NCBI GenBank assembly: GCA_020852515.1
Contig: JADZAS010000016.1
Coordinates: 186,155 to 250,154, forward strand
Length of the DNA: 64,000 nucleotides
Direction: 5' to 3'
DNA from: Phycisphaerales bacterium
GTDB taxonomy: Bacteria > Planctomycetota > Phycisphaerae > Phycisphaerales > UBA5793
The translations under genes and the position numbers were made by a program. Each line of letters begins with the position of its first letter. Positions within the stretch are counted from its first letter, which is position 1. The notes under the pieces were generated by a model. That model did not search any database. It worked only from the letters and a program-made list of their open reading frames with translations, and was not told the origin of the DNA. Positions 18,769-30,260 of the stretch are shown one piece after another.

Positions 18769-19284
18769 TCAGGAGGCCAGCAGCGCCAATATCCCGACGA
18801 GCGCTGCGGCCCAGGCGGTCCAAGCCGTCGCCCTCTCGCTGCGGCTGAACGAACCCCGGCTGAGCCACGTCAGCGCCGGGCTGCACGCCACGCCAAGGGC
18901 GATCTGCCGCGGTCTGCTGCCCAGCCACTGTTTCGTTGGCTGCAGGCCACGGACTGCCTTATGGGTGATGAACGACGCCAGCAGCGCCAGGGGCACCATT
19001 GCGCCAAGCAGGGCCGTGTTGTCGGTCACGAGGCGGCCCAGAAGCAGACCGCCGACAATCAGCCCCGCCGTCTGCACAAAGCCGCGTTCGAATGAGCCGG
19101 CTTCCCCGACCACGTCGGCCACTCGACCTCGCACGCCGGCCGAACCTGTCGGCGGGACTGGTTCTGACTCGAACGAAAGCGCCTTGGCCATCGCCGTGTC
19201 GATCGCGGCGGCCGTAGGCTGCGGAACGTACTCTCTGCGTCTCATGGGACTCTCCGACTCTGAAGTCTGGGGGCTGAATGCCAC
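18769..19284 (-). CDS. hypothetical membrane protein
   Basis: 171 aa with 3-4 hydrophobic helices; divergent from gpsA. Confidence 0.35.
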   Translation of the reverse strand: MAFSPQTSESESPMRRREYVPQPTAAAIDTAMAKALSFESEPVPPTGSAGVRGRVADVVGEAGSFERGFVQTAGLIVGGLLLGRLVTDNTALLGAMVPLALLASFITHKAVRGLQPTKQWLGSRPRQIALGVACSPALTWLSRGSFSRSERATAWTAWAAALVGILALLAS

Positions 19285-19367
19285 CGTCTCCCCCTTGTTC
19301 CGAGTTGCGCGCCTCCCCTTTCACCGCGCGTGCTGAGCGACCGTAGAATGCCATCAGCCGGGGCCGC

Positions 19368-20411
19368 TTGAGGAAAGAGGTTAAGGTGGAGGATCGTTCT
19401 GCAATCCGCAGGGTCGCCGTCATCGGCGACGGCCAGATGGGCATCGTGCTGGCGATGATCCTCGATTTCGGCCAGGTGCCCGTCACGCTCTGGGGCCGCA
19501 GTGCCGAGCACATTGCCGACCTGCAGCGCCATCGCACATCGGAGCGCCACCTGCCCGGCGTGCGGATTCCCGAGACCATCACCACTACCGCTGATGAAGA
19601 CGAAGCGCTGCGAGACGCCGACCTCGTTGTCTGCGCCGTGCCGACGCAATTCATCCGTCCCGTCTTCAAGCGATTCGCCGGCCGCATTCCGCCCGGCGTC
19701 GGCGTGGTGAGCGCCTCCAAGGGCATCGAAAACGGCACGCTGCTGCGGCCGACCTGCGTCATTGCCGAGGTCATCGGCGACGGTTCGGTTCGGCCGCTCG
19801 CGACGCTGTGCGGACCCACCATCGCCGAAGAACTCACGCGGCGTCTTCCCGCAACGATGGTCGCCGCCTGCGAGTCGCACGACTTCGCCGTGGTCGTGCA
19901 GGGGCTCTTCAGCGCTCCGTGGATGCGCATCTATACGCTGACGGATATGCTGGGTGTTGAACTGGCCGGCGCGACCAAGAACGTCATCGCCATCGCGGCA
20001 GGCATCGTGGACGGGCTCGAACTGGGCTACAACGCCAAATCCGCCTTGCTGGCGCGCGGCCTGGCGGAGATCACGCGACTGGGCGTCGCCATGGGCGCTT
20101 CGGCCGAGACATTCTTCGGCATCGCTGGCGTCGGCGACCTCGCCACCACCTGCTTCAGCCCCCTCGGGCGCAACCGCTCCTGCGGCGAAGCGCTCGGACG
20201 CGGCCGCTCGCTTTCGCAGTATCTTCACTCGACGCAGTCAGTCGTGGAAGGCGTGGCGACGACGCAGTCCGTCACGGCGCTGGCCAGACAGCACGGCGTC
20301 GAGATGCCGATCACCGAAGCGGTGCACGCCGTCCTCTTCGAGCGTCTGCCTCCGAAGCAGGCGATCGCGATGCTGATGGAGCGGGAATCCAAGCCCGAGC
20401 GCATTGGATAG
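19368..20411 (+). CDS. gpsA: NAD(P)H-dependent glycerol-3-phosphate dehydrogenase
   Basis: VAVIGDGQMG Rossmann motif; full-length GpsA pattern. Confidence 0.9.
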   Translation: MRKEVKVEDRSAIRRVAVIGDGQMGIVLAMILDFGQVPVTLWGRSAEHIADLQRHRTSERHLPGVRIPETITTTADEDEALRDADLVVCAVPTQFIRPVFKRFAGRIPPGVGVVSASKGIENGTLLRPTCVIAEVIGDGSVRPLATLCGPTIAEELTRRLPATMVAACESHDFAVVVQGLFSAPWMRIYTLTDMLGVELAGATKNVIAIAAGIVDGLELGYNAKSALLARGLAEITRLGVAMGASAETFFGIAGVGDLATTCFSPLGRNRSCGEALGRGRSLSQYLHSTQSVVEGVATTQSVTALARQHGVEMPITEAVHAVLFERLPPKQAIAMLMERESKPERIG

Positions 20412-20453
20412 CGCATCCGGTGCTGCGGCGGGCATCGCTTCCCGTCGTTTCGG

Positions 20454-21215
20454 TCAGGCCACCGCCGGCTTGCCGTGCTTCTGACCTTCGGCGCCGGGCT
20501 TGCTCGCGAAGGCGTCCTGCTGCATGACGAAGCCGATCACAGCGGTGACGAGGACGATGAGCGGCAGGATCACCGGATTGCCGCTGAAGTCCTGGCGCAG
20601 AGCCGGCTGCCATGCGTCAACCTGCATGAGCAGCGTCACGACCCCAATGACGAGCACCACGGCGCCCGCCACGCACGTCATCGCCACGATCACCACCCGG
20701 TAGAGAATGAATGACAGCAGCCCGAACGTGACGAGCCCGATGAGCGCGCCGGCGTAGTACGTGTCCGGCGGCATGTTCGAGATCGACCACACGTTGGCGC
20801 CGACGAACGCGCCTGCCAGACCGCCGCACGCCGCGATGGCGTACTTCATCAGCGGCCAGGCAACCACCGCTGTAAGCACGCCCACGCACGCGGCGATGAT
20901 CAGGCTGCTCTCCATGGACTTACTGAGTAGAAAGCCCAGACCCATACCCGTCAGGAACGCGACGGTGATGACGATCCACTTGTGCCAGCGATAGCCGTTG
21001 ATCACGCTCAACAGGCCGACGGTGACGAAGATGCCCGCCCAGACGAAGTGCAACTGCTGCAGCACATCGAGCAGTTCATCGGGCCGGCTGAGGATGTCCA
21101 GCCGGTGCATGTTCTCAAGGAAAAGGTGAAACGGGTTGAGCCCGACTTCGGACAGGGATTCGCGCAGTCCGGCGGTCGAACCGGCTGGCGCCGTCGCAAG
21201 CGTAAACAGGTGCAT
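20454..21215 (-). CDS. hypothetical multi-pass membrane protein
   Basis: 253 aa, ~6 hydrophobic helices, diverse composition. Confidence 0.55.
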   Translation of the reverse strand: MHLFTLATAPAGSTAGLRESLSEVGLNPFHLFLENMHRLDILSRPDELLDVLQQLHFVWAGIFVTVGLLSVINGYRWHKWIVITVAFLTGMGLGFLLSKSMESSLIIAACVGVLTAVVAWPLMKYAIAACGGLAGAFVGANVWSISNMPPDTYYAGALIGLVTFGLLSFILYRVVIVAMTCVAGAVVLVIGVVTLLMQVDAWQPALRQDFSGNPVILPLIVLVTAVIGFVMQQDAFASKPGAEGQKHGKPAVA

Positions 21216-21270
21216 GTCTCTGGCCTCGATCTTCGGGTTACCATCGCGGGACTGGCGCCCCGCCCACCGG

Positions 21271-22131
21271 TTACCCTTTATCGGCCTTCTTGACGCCGAG
21301 GCTCAATTGAATGAAGAGCCCGATAACCGCTACCCCCAGCCACAGCGCCAGCGTCATCGCCGCAGACTTGGGCGCGATCGAATCGAGCGAGAGACCCGAG
21401 CGCGTCGCCAGCCAGTAGCCGCTGGTAAGGATAATGAGCGACCCGGCCAGCGAGGTGACGACGCCCGCCGCAAGGGCCGGCGCAAGAATGCCGAAGACGA
21501 TGCCGCCGATCACGCCGCCGGCCGCGAAGAGAATCGTCATCCACTTCTGACTGCCGGGCGCATCGCTCCAGTTCTGCGCGGCCGTCTCGAGGATGAAGCT
21601 AACGGTGTCTTCAAGACGCTGTCGCCACGCGGGCTGCTCGACCTCGTCGACTTGCCCCTCCTCGGTCGCCTCGCGCGCCTTCTTGCGCCGCTCGAGCAAC
21701 TGCTCGGCCGCGCGATCGAGCGTATCGCTAGGCTCGCGCAACTCTTTGAGCAGCAGTTCACCATCGGAAATCGGCGAACCCTGCTGCCCTTCGTACATTC
21801 CAGTCAGTTCGGCATAAGTGAAGAATCCCAGCGGCGCCGCCAGGCCCAGGCTCAGCGCCAGCAGCAGCGCCATCACGAAGCGATACGCGACGATCGAGAT
21901 CAGCCCCGCGACCGCAGCGCCGATGCCCACCGGCCAGAGGATCGACCACTCATGCGGCAGGGCCGCGCCCGCAACGAACCCCACCGCCGCCCCGAGCACC
22001 AGCGCCGCCAGCACGAGCATCGGGCGAAACAGCCGCCGGCCGAAGATCCACACCACGAACCCGGCCAGCAGGGCCAGCGCCACGGCGCCATGCACGCTCC
22101 AGGGCACACTGTCGAGCAGATCGGGGATCAT
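21271..22131 (-). CDS. hypothetical multi-pass membrane protein
   Basis: Multiple transmembrane helices flanking an acidic coiled region. Start taken at MIPDLLD. Confidence 0.55.
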   Translation of the reverse strand: MIPDLLDSVPWSVHGAVALALLAGFVVWIFGRRLFRPMLVLAALVLGAAVGFVAGAALPHEWSILWPVGIGAAVAGLISIVAYRFVMALLLALSLGLAAPLGFFTYAELTGMYEGQQGSPISDGELLLKELREPSDTLDRAAEQLLERRKKAREATEEGQVDEVEQPAWRQRLEDTVSFILETAAQNWSDAPGSQKWMTILFAAGGVIGGIVFGILAPALAAGVVTSLAGSLIILTSGYWLATRSGLSLDSIAPKSAAMTLALWLGVAVIGLFIQLSLGVKKADKG

Positions 22132-22364
22132 GAGGAGCTTCCTTTGTCGCCACCGGTTCGCACGGGCAGCGGCCGGACGATCGTAGCCGCAATCCGGCCC
22201 GACCCGCCCGAGCCGCTGCAGCACAGGCGGGCGGAAAGTCGATGCAATGCCAGTGCTTTGATTGCGTATACTTCATGCAGGATTTCACGCAGCGGCGGCC
22301 GATGTGCCACGTTTCTGCACGGTTCGCCGCCGCCTCGACCGATGGCCAGGAAAGGCGGAAGGTC

Positions 22365-22685
22365 ATGCTCAGCCTCGCTCTGTTCGGCTTGCCCGGCGGT
22401 TCGGAATGGATCGTCATCGGCCTCATCGCCCTGCTCGTGTTCGGCAAGCGCCTGCCCGAAGTCGGCCGCTCGCTGGGCCAGGGGATCGTGCAGTTCAAGA
22501 AGGGCCTCAAGGGCATCGAGGACGAGGTGGAATCCGCGTCCAACCGCCGCGACGAAGACGCGCCGCTCAAGCCCTACGACAAGCGCCTCGGCGGTGATGA
22601 AGCCGAACTCCGCCGCCTCCAGGAGCAAGGCGCCGCCCCCACCCAGTTCAAACAGGAACGTGCCGCCAGCGAACCGTCGGCCTAG
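22365..22685 (+). CDS. tatA: twin-arginine translocase TatA/E family protein
   Basis: Internal Met MLSLALFG.. then EWIVIGLIALLVFGKRLPEVGRSLGQGIVQFKKG, the canonical TatA helix-hinge-amphipathic helix. Confidence 0.8.
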   Translation: MLSLALFGLPGGSEWIVIGLIALLVFGKRLPEVGRSLGQGIVQFKKGLKGIEDEVESASNRRDEDAPLKPYDKRLGGDEAELRRLQEQGAAPTQFKQERAASEPSA

Positions 22686-23106
22686 CGGTCGAACGCCGTA
22701 CCCGGCGGCTCCAGTTGCACGAACTTCACCTTGAGCCCTTTGCCCCGGCTCGCCTTCTTGCTCTCGAGGTAGCGGTCCGCTTCGATCTGCTCGGTGAGGC
22801 TGTGCTGCTCGACGCTGCCCGAGTCGCCGCTCGCCTTGGCGGGGCCTTGGGCGCTCTGTTTGATCGCCTGCTCGATGTCGGACTCAGCCATCCCTTGTCC
22901 TCGTACATTTCGATGAGAACTGCCATGCGCTTGCGCCACCGCCGCTGCCGCTGGGCGTAGGTATTGACCGCGGTGGAAACCGGCCGCCCCTCCAGGTGCG
23001 CCACCCACGCCTCCTGCACCGCGTCTTCACGATCCAGCGCAGGGACAAAGCGCAGCTCGATCACGAGTCGGCCAGGGTGATCCAGAGGTGGATGCACATG
23101 GTCCAT
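22682..23106 (-). pseudogene. hypothetical gene split across two frames (possible frameshift)
   Basis: Minus ORFs 22726..23106 and 22682..23008 overlap and join at ~22890 (...VLIEMYEDKG / MAESDIEQAIKQ...). Confidence 0.25.
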
Positions 23107-23363
23107 CCGTCAGGTACGGACGGATGAAAGGCTCAGGGATTGCGGATGGGGAGGGGTGACGGCGAAGTCGTTACACGGGTAGACGTTGACGAGGAGATCA
23201 GCGTAAAGCGAGGCAGGATTCCACGACGAGACCGGCCTAGCCGCGCAGCAACTGCCGCGAGCAATTGTCGCGGCGATTCGCCGTTAGGGGACATGAGATG
23301 AATGGCGCTGAGATATTGGCGTCGATCCAATCTGCTTAGTTTGACAATGCCCTGAAACAGTCG

Positions 23364-23603
23364 CTATTCCACTTTCTTTGGAAGTCCGGTCCACCCTTTC
23401 GGCAACTTTCCACCGCGGAAGATATCGGAGAGGATTTCAGCGTCGGACTTCCATTCAATCGAATCGCGGGTTTGGCGCTTGATCGTGATTGGATTAAACT
23501 CTCGTCTCAGTGCGCTGAGCGGAATTCCATGATCCAGAGGGATTGAACGAATTGACCGATCTTGGATGATTGAACGATCTGGAATTACCGAGTGATGTGC
23601 CAT
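23364..23603 (-). CDS. hypothetical small protein (low-GC patch)
   Basis: 79 aa, balanced composition, located in the low-GC block 23.34-24.6 kb. Confidence 0.3.
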   Translation of the reverse strand: MAHHSVIPDRSIIQDRSIRSIPLDHGIPLSALRREFNPITIKRQTRDSIEWKSDAEILSDIFRGGKLPKGWTGLPKKVE

Positions 23604-23736
23604 CTTGTGTCCCGTCCAGTTGAATGTAGCCGCAACTTGGAAAAAGTACCCCGTACGGCTTCGATCAGCGGATGGTAACGCCTTCGCGATCTGAAGGAAG
23701 CGCGCAGCCCGCCAATTGGGATGATAAACTTCACCG

Positions 23737-24150
23737 TCATCCGCCGGGCTTCCAATCCTTCGCGAGCGATACGAGCATCGTCGTCATGAACTGTTTCACA
23801 CGATCCACCATCGCCGGGTCATCTTGCCAGTCCTCGTACTGCTCGGTCCCTTTCGGCTTCAGCAGTTTGTGCATCTCTTCTTCGAACCACTTATCCACGT
23901 ATGCCTGTGCCTTGGATCGCTGGCTCGACTCGTCCATTGTGGCCAATTGCTTGATCCAAGCATCCGGGTCTCCGGCGTTGACGCCCGAATTCATAACTTC
24001 GTGTTGAGCGAGCAATGCAGCATGGGCCTTTGCGATCGCGTATGCCTTGTCGTCGTCAACGCGGGAATTCCCGCCCAGCCATGACCAGATTCCACAGCAC
24101 CCGGAGAGCAGGACAACTAGTACGACCCCACCGAGGATGTAGTCCTTCAT
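23737..24150 (-). CDS. hypothetical lipoprotein (low-GC patch)
   Basis: MKDYILGGVVLVVLLSGCCG: lipobox LLSGC. Acidic/Trp-rich soluble domain. The longer N-terminal extension to 24231/24330 is doubtful. Confidence 0.5.
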   Translation of the reverse strand: MKDYILGGVVLVVLLSGCCGIWSWLGGNSRVDDDKAYAIAKAHAALLAQHEVMNSGVNAGDPDAWIKQLATMDESSQRSKAQAYVDKWFEEEMHKLLKPKGTEQYEDWQDDPAMVDRVKQFMTTMLVSLAKDWKPGG

Positions 24151-24381
24151 TGTGACTGGCTTGGACGCCGGGGATTCAGAAGTTGTCGCGGTAGACTCGG
24201 GTTGCTGATCACTGCTGAACTCAGACATCATGGCGGTACCTCCGGGGAGAAAGGCAGGGAACGCTAGCCTGCCTAGAGGGCGGGCAATGACATGGCGTCT
24301 CACCCTGCGGGCCGGCATAGTGAGTCCCAAACTGAGTGAGTGTAACGGGCGTCTTGTGGGATTGCGAGCGGTCCGATCCCC

Positions 24382-24573
24382 CTACATCGCCATCCCGGCG
24401 ATCCGCTCCGTCGTCGTCACTCTTCGCCCGCAGTGCCGACACTCCCGCCTGCGGATCGCTCCAAGTGGAATCCGCCGGGTGTAGATGACCTCGAAGTGAG
24501 CGCACCCGCACTTCGGGCACAAAATCCCACGGGGTTCGGGGTCGCGCTTCGGCCTGGTCGCCATTTCCCTCAT
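24382..24573 (-). CDS. Ogr/Delta-like (treble-clef) zinc-finger small protein
   Basis: 63 aa; CPKCGCAHFEVIYTRR...RRRECRHCGRRVTTTERI matches the C-P-x-C-G-x-AH...R...C-x-x-CG pattern of P2 Ogr/Delta late activators (MqsA-type zinc ribbon is an alternative). Confidence 0.45.
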   Translation of the reverse strand: MREMATRPKRDPEPRGILCPKCGCAHFEVIYTRRIPLGAIRRRECRHCGRRVTTTERIAGMAM

Positions 24574-24811
24574 CGCCGCCCTCCCTGGAGATCAGAGAGA
24601 CGGATGCGGCGGCGTGGCGTCGGTTGCGCGTCGGTGCCACAGAGAACGGCGCCCTGCATCGACGCCGCAACCGCACAACCCACCAGACAGTCGAGCCAGT
24701 GGTTGTCCAGGCCATCGACACGGAGTTTCCGTTCGTCGACCGTCCGCCCGCGGCCTTGCGTCTTGACGCGGTACTCGCTGGTCAGATGTTCGCCAATTGT
24801 CCCTTCACCGC

Positions 24812-26467
<1,656 letters not shown>

Positions 26468-26597
26468 GAGCGGCTCCGCACCAGCGGCGGGCCCTGTTCC
26501 ATTCTACGGACCAGCACACCCGGGCAAGCCAGCCGGCGCCCAAGCCGAGCCAAGCCCGACGTTTGACCGATGTAGCCGCCGCCCTACCATCCCTCAC

Positions 26598-26671
26598 CGG
26601 GCGATTAGTTCAGTTGGCTAGAACGCACGGATCACACCCGTGAGGTCACTGGTTCGAGTCCAGTATCGCCC
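26598..26671 (+). tRNA. tRNA-Val (anticodon CAC)
   Basis: Hand-folded cloverleaf: acceptor GGGCGAT/ATCGCCC, D-arm GTTC-AGTTGGCTA-GAAC, anticodon stem CACGG/CCGTG with loop AT-CAC-AC, T-arm ACTGG-TTCGAGT-CCAGT. No encoded CCA. Confidence 0.85.
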
Positions 26672-26889
26672 ACTTTCGACAAGCTCAGCCGAGCAAAGAG
26701 GTTGCGGGTACCGCTTTGCCATCGCCATGCACGCATGGCGCGGCTCCAGTTTCAGTAGTCTACTGAGAGTTGGAGCTCGCGCCCGTGTCACCGAAAAAAA
26801 CGCAACGCCGATCGATCAATCGCGCAGCGCCGCGCGCACTCCTCACGCGCCTAGCGCGAGGCGCGGTTCCCTTCCTGCAGCCTCCACAA

Positions 26890-27010
26890 GGCCTCCGGCC
26901 AGGCCGTGGTTCGACTCAACGGACACCACCACTACCTCGGACCATTCGACTCCTCAATCAGCCGCGAGCGCTACGCCCGGCTCATCGCTGAGTTGGAGGC
27001 GAACGAACGC
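26890..27010 (+). pseudogene. P4-type integrase N-terminal (arm-binding) domain remnant
   Basis: Frame reads ...VRLNGHHHYLGPFDSSISRERYARLIAELEANERAMP, resembling the LG-x-YP-x-VSLAEARE-x-A...L motif of P4-like integrases. Sits ~220 nt downstream of the tRNA-Val 3' end, with stop and no catalytic domain. Confidence 0.35.
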
Positions 27011-27676
27011 GCCATGCCCGTGCAGCGCGGCTGAGACGCCACCATCGCGCAAGTCATCGACGTTCTGGAGACATGCCAAGTCCTGTTACCGGCGTCCCGA
27101 TGGGACGCACTGGCGGGCATGTTGCGGACGGTACTGGGACACCGAGTGCCGATTCTCATGGAAGATGTGCTGCGTGGCCGCGCGCCGCGCGAGCGACTAG
27201 AGTCGCGGATGAGCACGCCGCCACTGGCAATTCGAGTCGCGCTGGTTTGCGCTCTGGCGTGGGCGGCGATACCTCTCGACGGAAATGGCGCCCGCTCTGG
27301 CGGATGGGCAGTTCGAGGCCTTCGACATCCGGGAGGTAAGGTCACCGGTTCAGCCAAGCCGATCAGAGGGTGACCCAATTCTCCACGGAGAGTGGGCGTG
27401 AAACCTGTCCGCGTTGATGCCCCGCCGCAAGCGCCGGCGGAGGACGACGGCTGCCGTGATTCCCGAGAGCGCCGATGTCAGTCACGCCCTCATTGCCGAA
27501 GTCAGCGACTTCACGCGCTGGGGGGATGAAGGTCCCTGTGCCTGACTTCGGCACGGTCGACGTTGCCGCACTGGCCATCGCGATCTTGGCAGCCAAATGC
27601 CGCGCGATGCATGGCTGGATCGTCACCCTCGCCGCCAACTTTGAGGCGACAGATTTCGCTCGCGGTTCTGATTGGC

Positions 27677-28078
27677 TCATACTCTGATCTGGCGGAGGAA
27701 GCGGCGGCGGTCGATCCACGCGACGATCGCACAACATGCAGAGACCGTCAGCGCCAGAGCGAAGAGCAGGCCGCCGTCGTCATGAACGACGATCCCCAGG
27801 CGGGTGAGATGGCTTGCAATGGCGCCGAGCATGATGCCCAGACCCAGCAGCGCGCCCAGCCACCCCGTGGAGGGAATGAGCAGCAGCACGGCCGCGGCCA
27901 GTTCGGCCACCCCTGACAACCATCGGCCCCACGGCTCCACGCCAAGCGTCGAAAAGATGTACACGCTCTCAGCCGAGCCGCTGAACTTGAAGAAGAGCGT
28001 TTGGAGGAGAATGACTGCGGCAAGGATGCGCGCGACCCATCCCACGACTGCGACAAATCCGTGCGGGGCAGCGGTCAT
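27677..28078 (-). CDS. DoxX family membrane protein
   Basis: 133 aa, four transmembrane helices, typical DoxX pattern. Confidence 0.7.
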   Translation of the reverse strand: MTAAPHGFVAVVGWVARILAAVILLQTLFFKFSGSAESVYIFSTLGVEPWGRWLSGVAELAAAVLLLIPSTGWLGALLGLGIMLGAIASHLTRLGIVVHDDGGLLFALALTVSACCAIVAWIDRRRFLRQIRV

Positions 28079-28490
28079 GACGCGATCATAGGCGATCGCG
28101 TTGTGCCCGCAACTGGACCGACATTCGCCGTCGCGCTTCTATCGCCGCCCTTGCACGCTTTGGCGCGAGACGATCTTATCTTATTGAAGCGGGTGACCCG
28201 ACTCTGGGCGTCATCCTGGATGACTATGGCGAGGTCGTTGCGGTCGAACGGCCTGACCGACGACGATGAATTGCGGAAACGATTCGAGCATGCGGATCAG
28301 CGCCGCGGCCAAAGTCCTCTTCGCAACGGCAGGAAATTCTCAGCGACTTCCAGGTCATCGGCGGCGAGTTCGGTCAGCTTCGCCGACAACGCGCATGAGC
28401 GACGATCCTCTAAAGCCGTTTTCACTTCGAATTCACAGGTGGTTCACGGCTGCAAACTAGCGTCATGGTGAACAAGAGGATCTCAGGGCG

Positions 28491-29585
28491 ATGACGGATC
28501 AAACCGCATTACAAACGAAGCGATCGAGTGCGGCGGGTGCGATGGCTGTGCTCGGCGGGGTCGGTTTGATCGCGCTGTGCGGGATGGCCGTCTGGCGCCA
28601 CCTGAACCGCTACCAATTCGCCGGACGGATCGTGCTCATCGCAGGTGGGTCGCGCGGCCTCGGGTTGGTCATGGCCCGGCAACTCGCCGCCGAGGGCGCA
28701 CGCGTCTGCCTGTGTGCCCGCGACGGCGAAGAACTCGACCGCGCGCACCGCGAACTCAATGAGATGGGATACGAAGTCCTCTCCTGCACGTGCGATATCA
28801 GCGAGGAGCGCGATGTGCGCGAGATGGTGCGCTGGATCGAGCAGAGATGGGGACCAGTGGACGTGCTCATCAACTGCGCCGGCGTGATTCGCGTCGGGCC
28901 GATCGAGGCGATGACGGAAGATGACTACGAATACATGCTCGACGTGCACCTGCGCGGGCCGCTGAACACGATCAATGCGGTCACTCCCGGAATGCGGCAG
29001 CGAGGCGGCGGCCGCATTGTAAACGTCGCGTCGATCGGCGGTCTCATGCCGATCCCCCATCTCACCCCCTATTGCGCAAGCAAGCACGCGCTCGTCGGGC
29101 TCTCGCAGGGCCTTCGACTGGAACTAAAGAAAAACGGCATCGTCGTGACCACCGCCTGCCCCGGCCTGATGCGCACCGGCAGCCAGGCGCAGGCGGAATT
29201 CAAGGGCCAGCACCGGCGCGAGTACGCGTGGTTCAGCATCAGCGCGTCGCTGCCGCTGGCCTCCGAGAGCGCCGAGCGTGCCGCAGCGCAGATCATCAAC
29301 GCCTGCCGATACGGCAAGGCGCGGGTGACGCTCACATTCCAGGCCAAGGTGGCGGCGCTGGCCAACGCGGTCGCGCCCGGACCGACCAGCTGGCTGCTCG
29401 AACTCGTGAATCGGGCGCTGCCCGGCGATGGAGGCATTCACGACCAGGTCGCCAAAGGGCTGGAAAGCCAGTCGGTGTGGTCGCCTTCGCTGCTCACAGT
29501 GCTGGGCGATCGAGCGGCTCGCCGCAACAACGAACTGGATCCAGCCAGGCGGCACAACGGGCGGCGGTGCTTCTCCGTCGATTGA
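28491..29585 (+). CDS. short-chain dehydrogenase/reductase (SDR) family oxidoreductase
   Basis: N-terminal transmembrane anchor, GGSRGLG cofactor motif, NAG, catalytic YCASKHAL (YxxxK). Confidence 0.85.
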   Translation: MTDQTALQTKRSSAAGAMAVLGGVGLIALCGMAVWRHLNRYQFAGRIVLIAGGSRGLGLVMARQLAAEGARVCLCARDGEELDRAHRELNEMGYEVLSCTCDISEERDVREMVRWIEQRWGPVDVLINCAGVIRVGPIEAMTEDDYEYMLDVHLRGPLNTINAVTPGMRQRGGGRIVNVASIGGLMPIPHLTPYCASKHALVGLSQGLRLELKKNGIVVTTACPGLMRTGSQAQAEFKGQHRREYAWFSISASLPLASESAERAAAQIINACRYGKARVTLTFQAKVAALANAVAPGPTSWLLELVNRALPGDGGIHDQVAKGLESQSVWSPSLLTVLGDRAARRNNELDPARRHNGRRCFSVD

Positions 29586-29621
29586 GCGGCGCCCGCATCA
29601 CGAACAGGAACTTCATCATGA

Positions 29622-30023
29622 GAAGAAATCGACGCAGTCGGCCTGGAGGCGCACGGCACCACAATTGACGCCGTCTACGACCGCGTGAAGGTGGGCGCTC
29701 GGCTCGCGACCGATCGGATCCACGTGCTGCGGCAGGCGACCCGGGCCCTCCGCAAAGGCGGAACGCTCTCGGTTCCCGGCGTCTATGGTGGATTTGCGAA
29801 CAAGTTCCCCGTCGGGGCGATCTTCGGCAAGGGAATCAAGATCCGTTGCGGCCAGACGCACGTGCACAACTACATGAAGCCGCTGCTTGAGCGCATCGAG
29901 AACGACGAGATCGACCCGTCGTTCATCATTTCGCATCGGTGTTCGTTGGACGAAGCGCCCGAGGCGTATCACCACTTCCGCTATCAGCCCGACGAGTGCA
30001 CCAAAGTCGTACTCACGCCGTGA
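29622..30023 (+). pseudogene. zinc-dependent alcohol/formaldehyde dehydrogenase C-terminal fragment
   Basis: Only the C-terminal cofactor-binding tail (...IDAVYDRVKVGARLATDRIHVLRQATRALRKGGTLSVPGVYGG...) is present. In-frame stop at 29619; no N-terminal catalytic domain. Confidence 0.6.
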
Positions 30024-30195
30024 CAGCCGGCAGCGCATCCGTGGTTTAATGCAGCAGTAGAGTCATCACGCACCGCAGATGCATCGTCTTGCCGAGCATC
30101 ATCGAGCCGCGAGCATTCCAGGATTTGCGCTCCGGGCGCGATCAGCACCCGTCGTCCCTGCATGAGCAGAGACGGGCACAAGAGGAAGGGAGCAC

Positions 30196-30260
30196 ATGCT
30201 CGTGAAGTGGCACCCGTCGCGCGTTCTGGTTACCGGAGGCGCGGGATTCATCGGATCGCA
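30196..30260 (+). pseudogene. NAD-dependent epimerase/dehydratase N-terminal fragment
   Basis: RVLVTGGAGFIGSHMVD Rossmann start, then the frame degenerates into Arg-rich nonsense. Confidence 0.45.

Noticed and set aside
18959-20228. Minus-strand ORFs 18959..19930 and 19242..20228
   Set aside because: Antisense to gpsA, which has a clear Rossmann motif and full-length conservation. Arg/Ser-rich nonsense.
21136-22734. 532-aa + strand ORF
   Set aside because: Antisense to two membrane-protein genes and overlapping tatA out of frame. Arg/Pro-rich nonsense.
26880-26920. Possible attR-like partial repeat of tRNA-Val 3' end (GGTTCGACTC vs GGTTCGAGTC)
   Set aside because: Only a 10-nt imperfect match lying inside the putative integrase remnant. 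Too short to distinguish from chance in high-GC DNA.
28001-28471. 156-aa + ORF between doxX and SDR gene
   Set aside because: Overlaps doxX antisense and the divergent promoter region. Ser/Arg-rich, no motifs.
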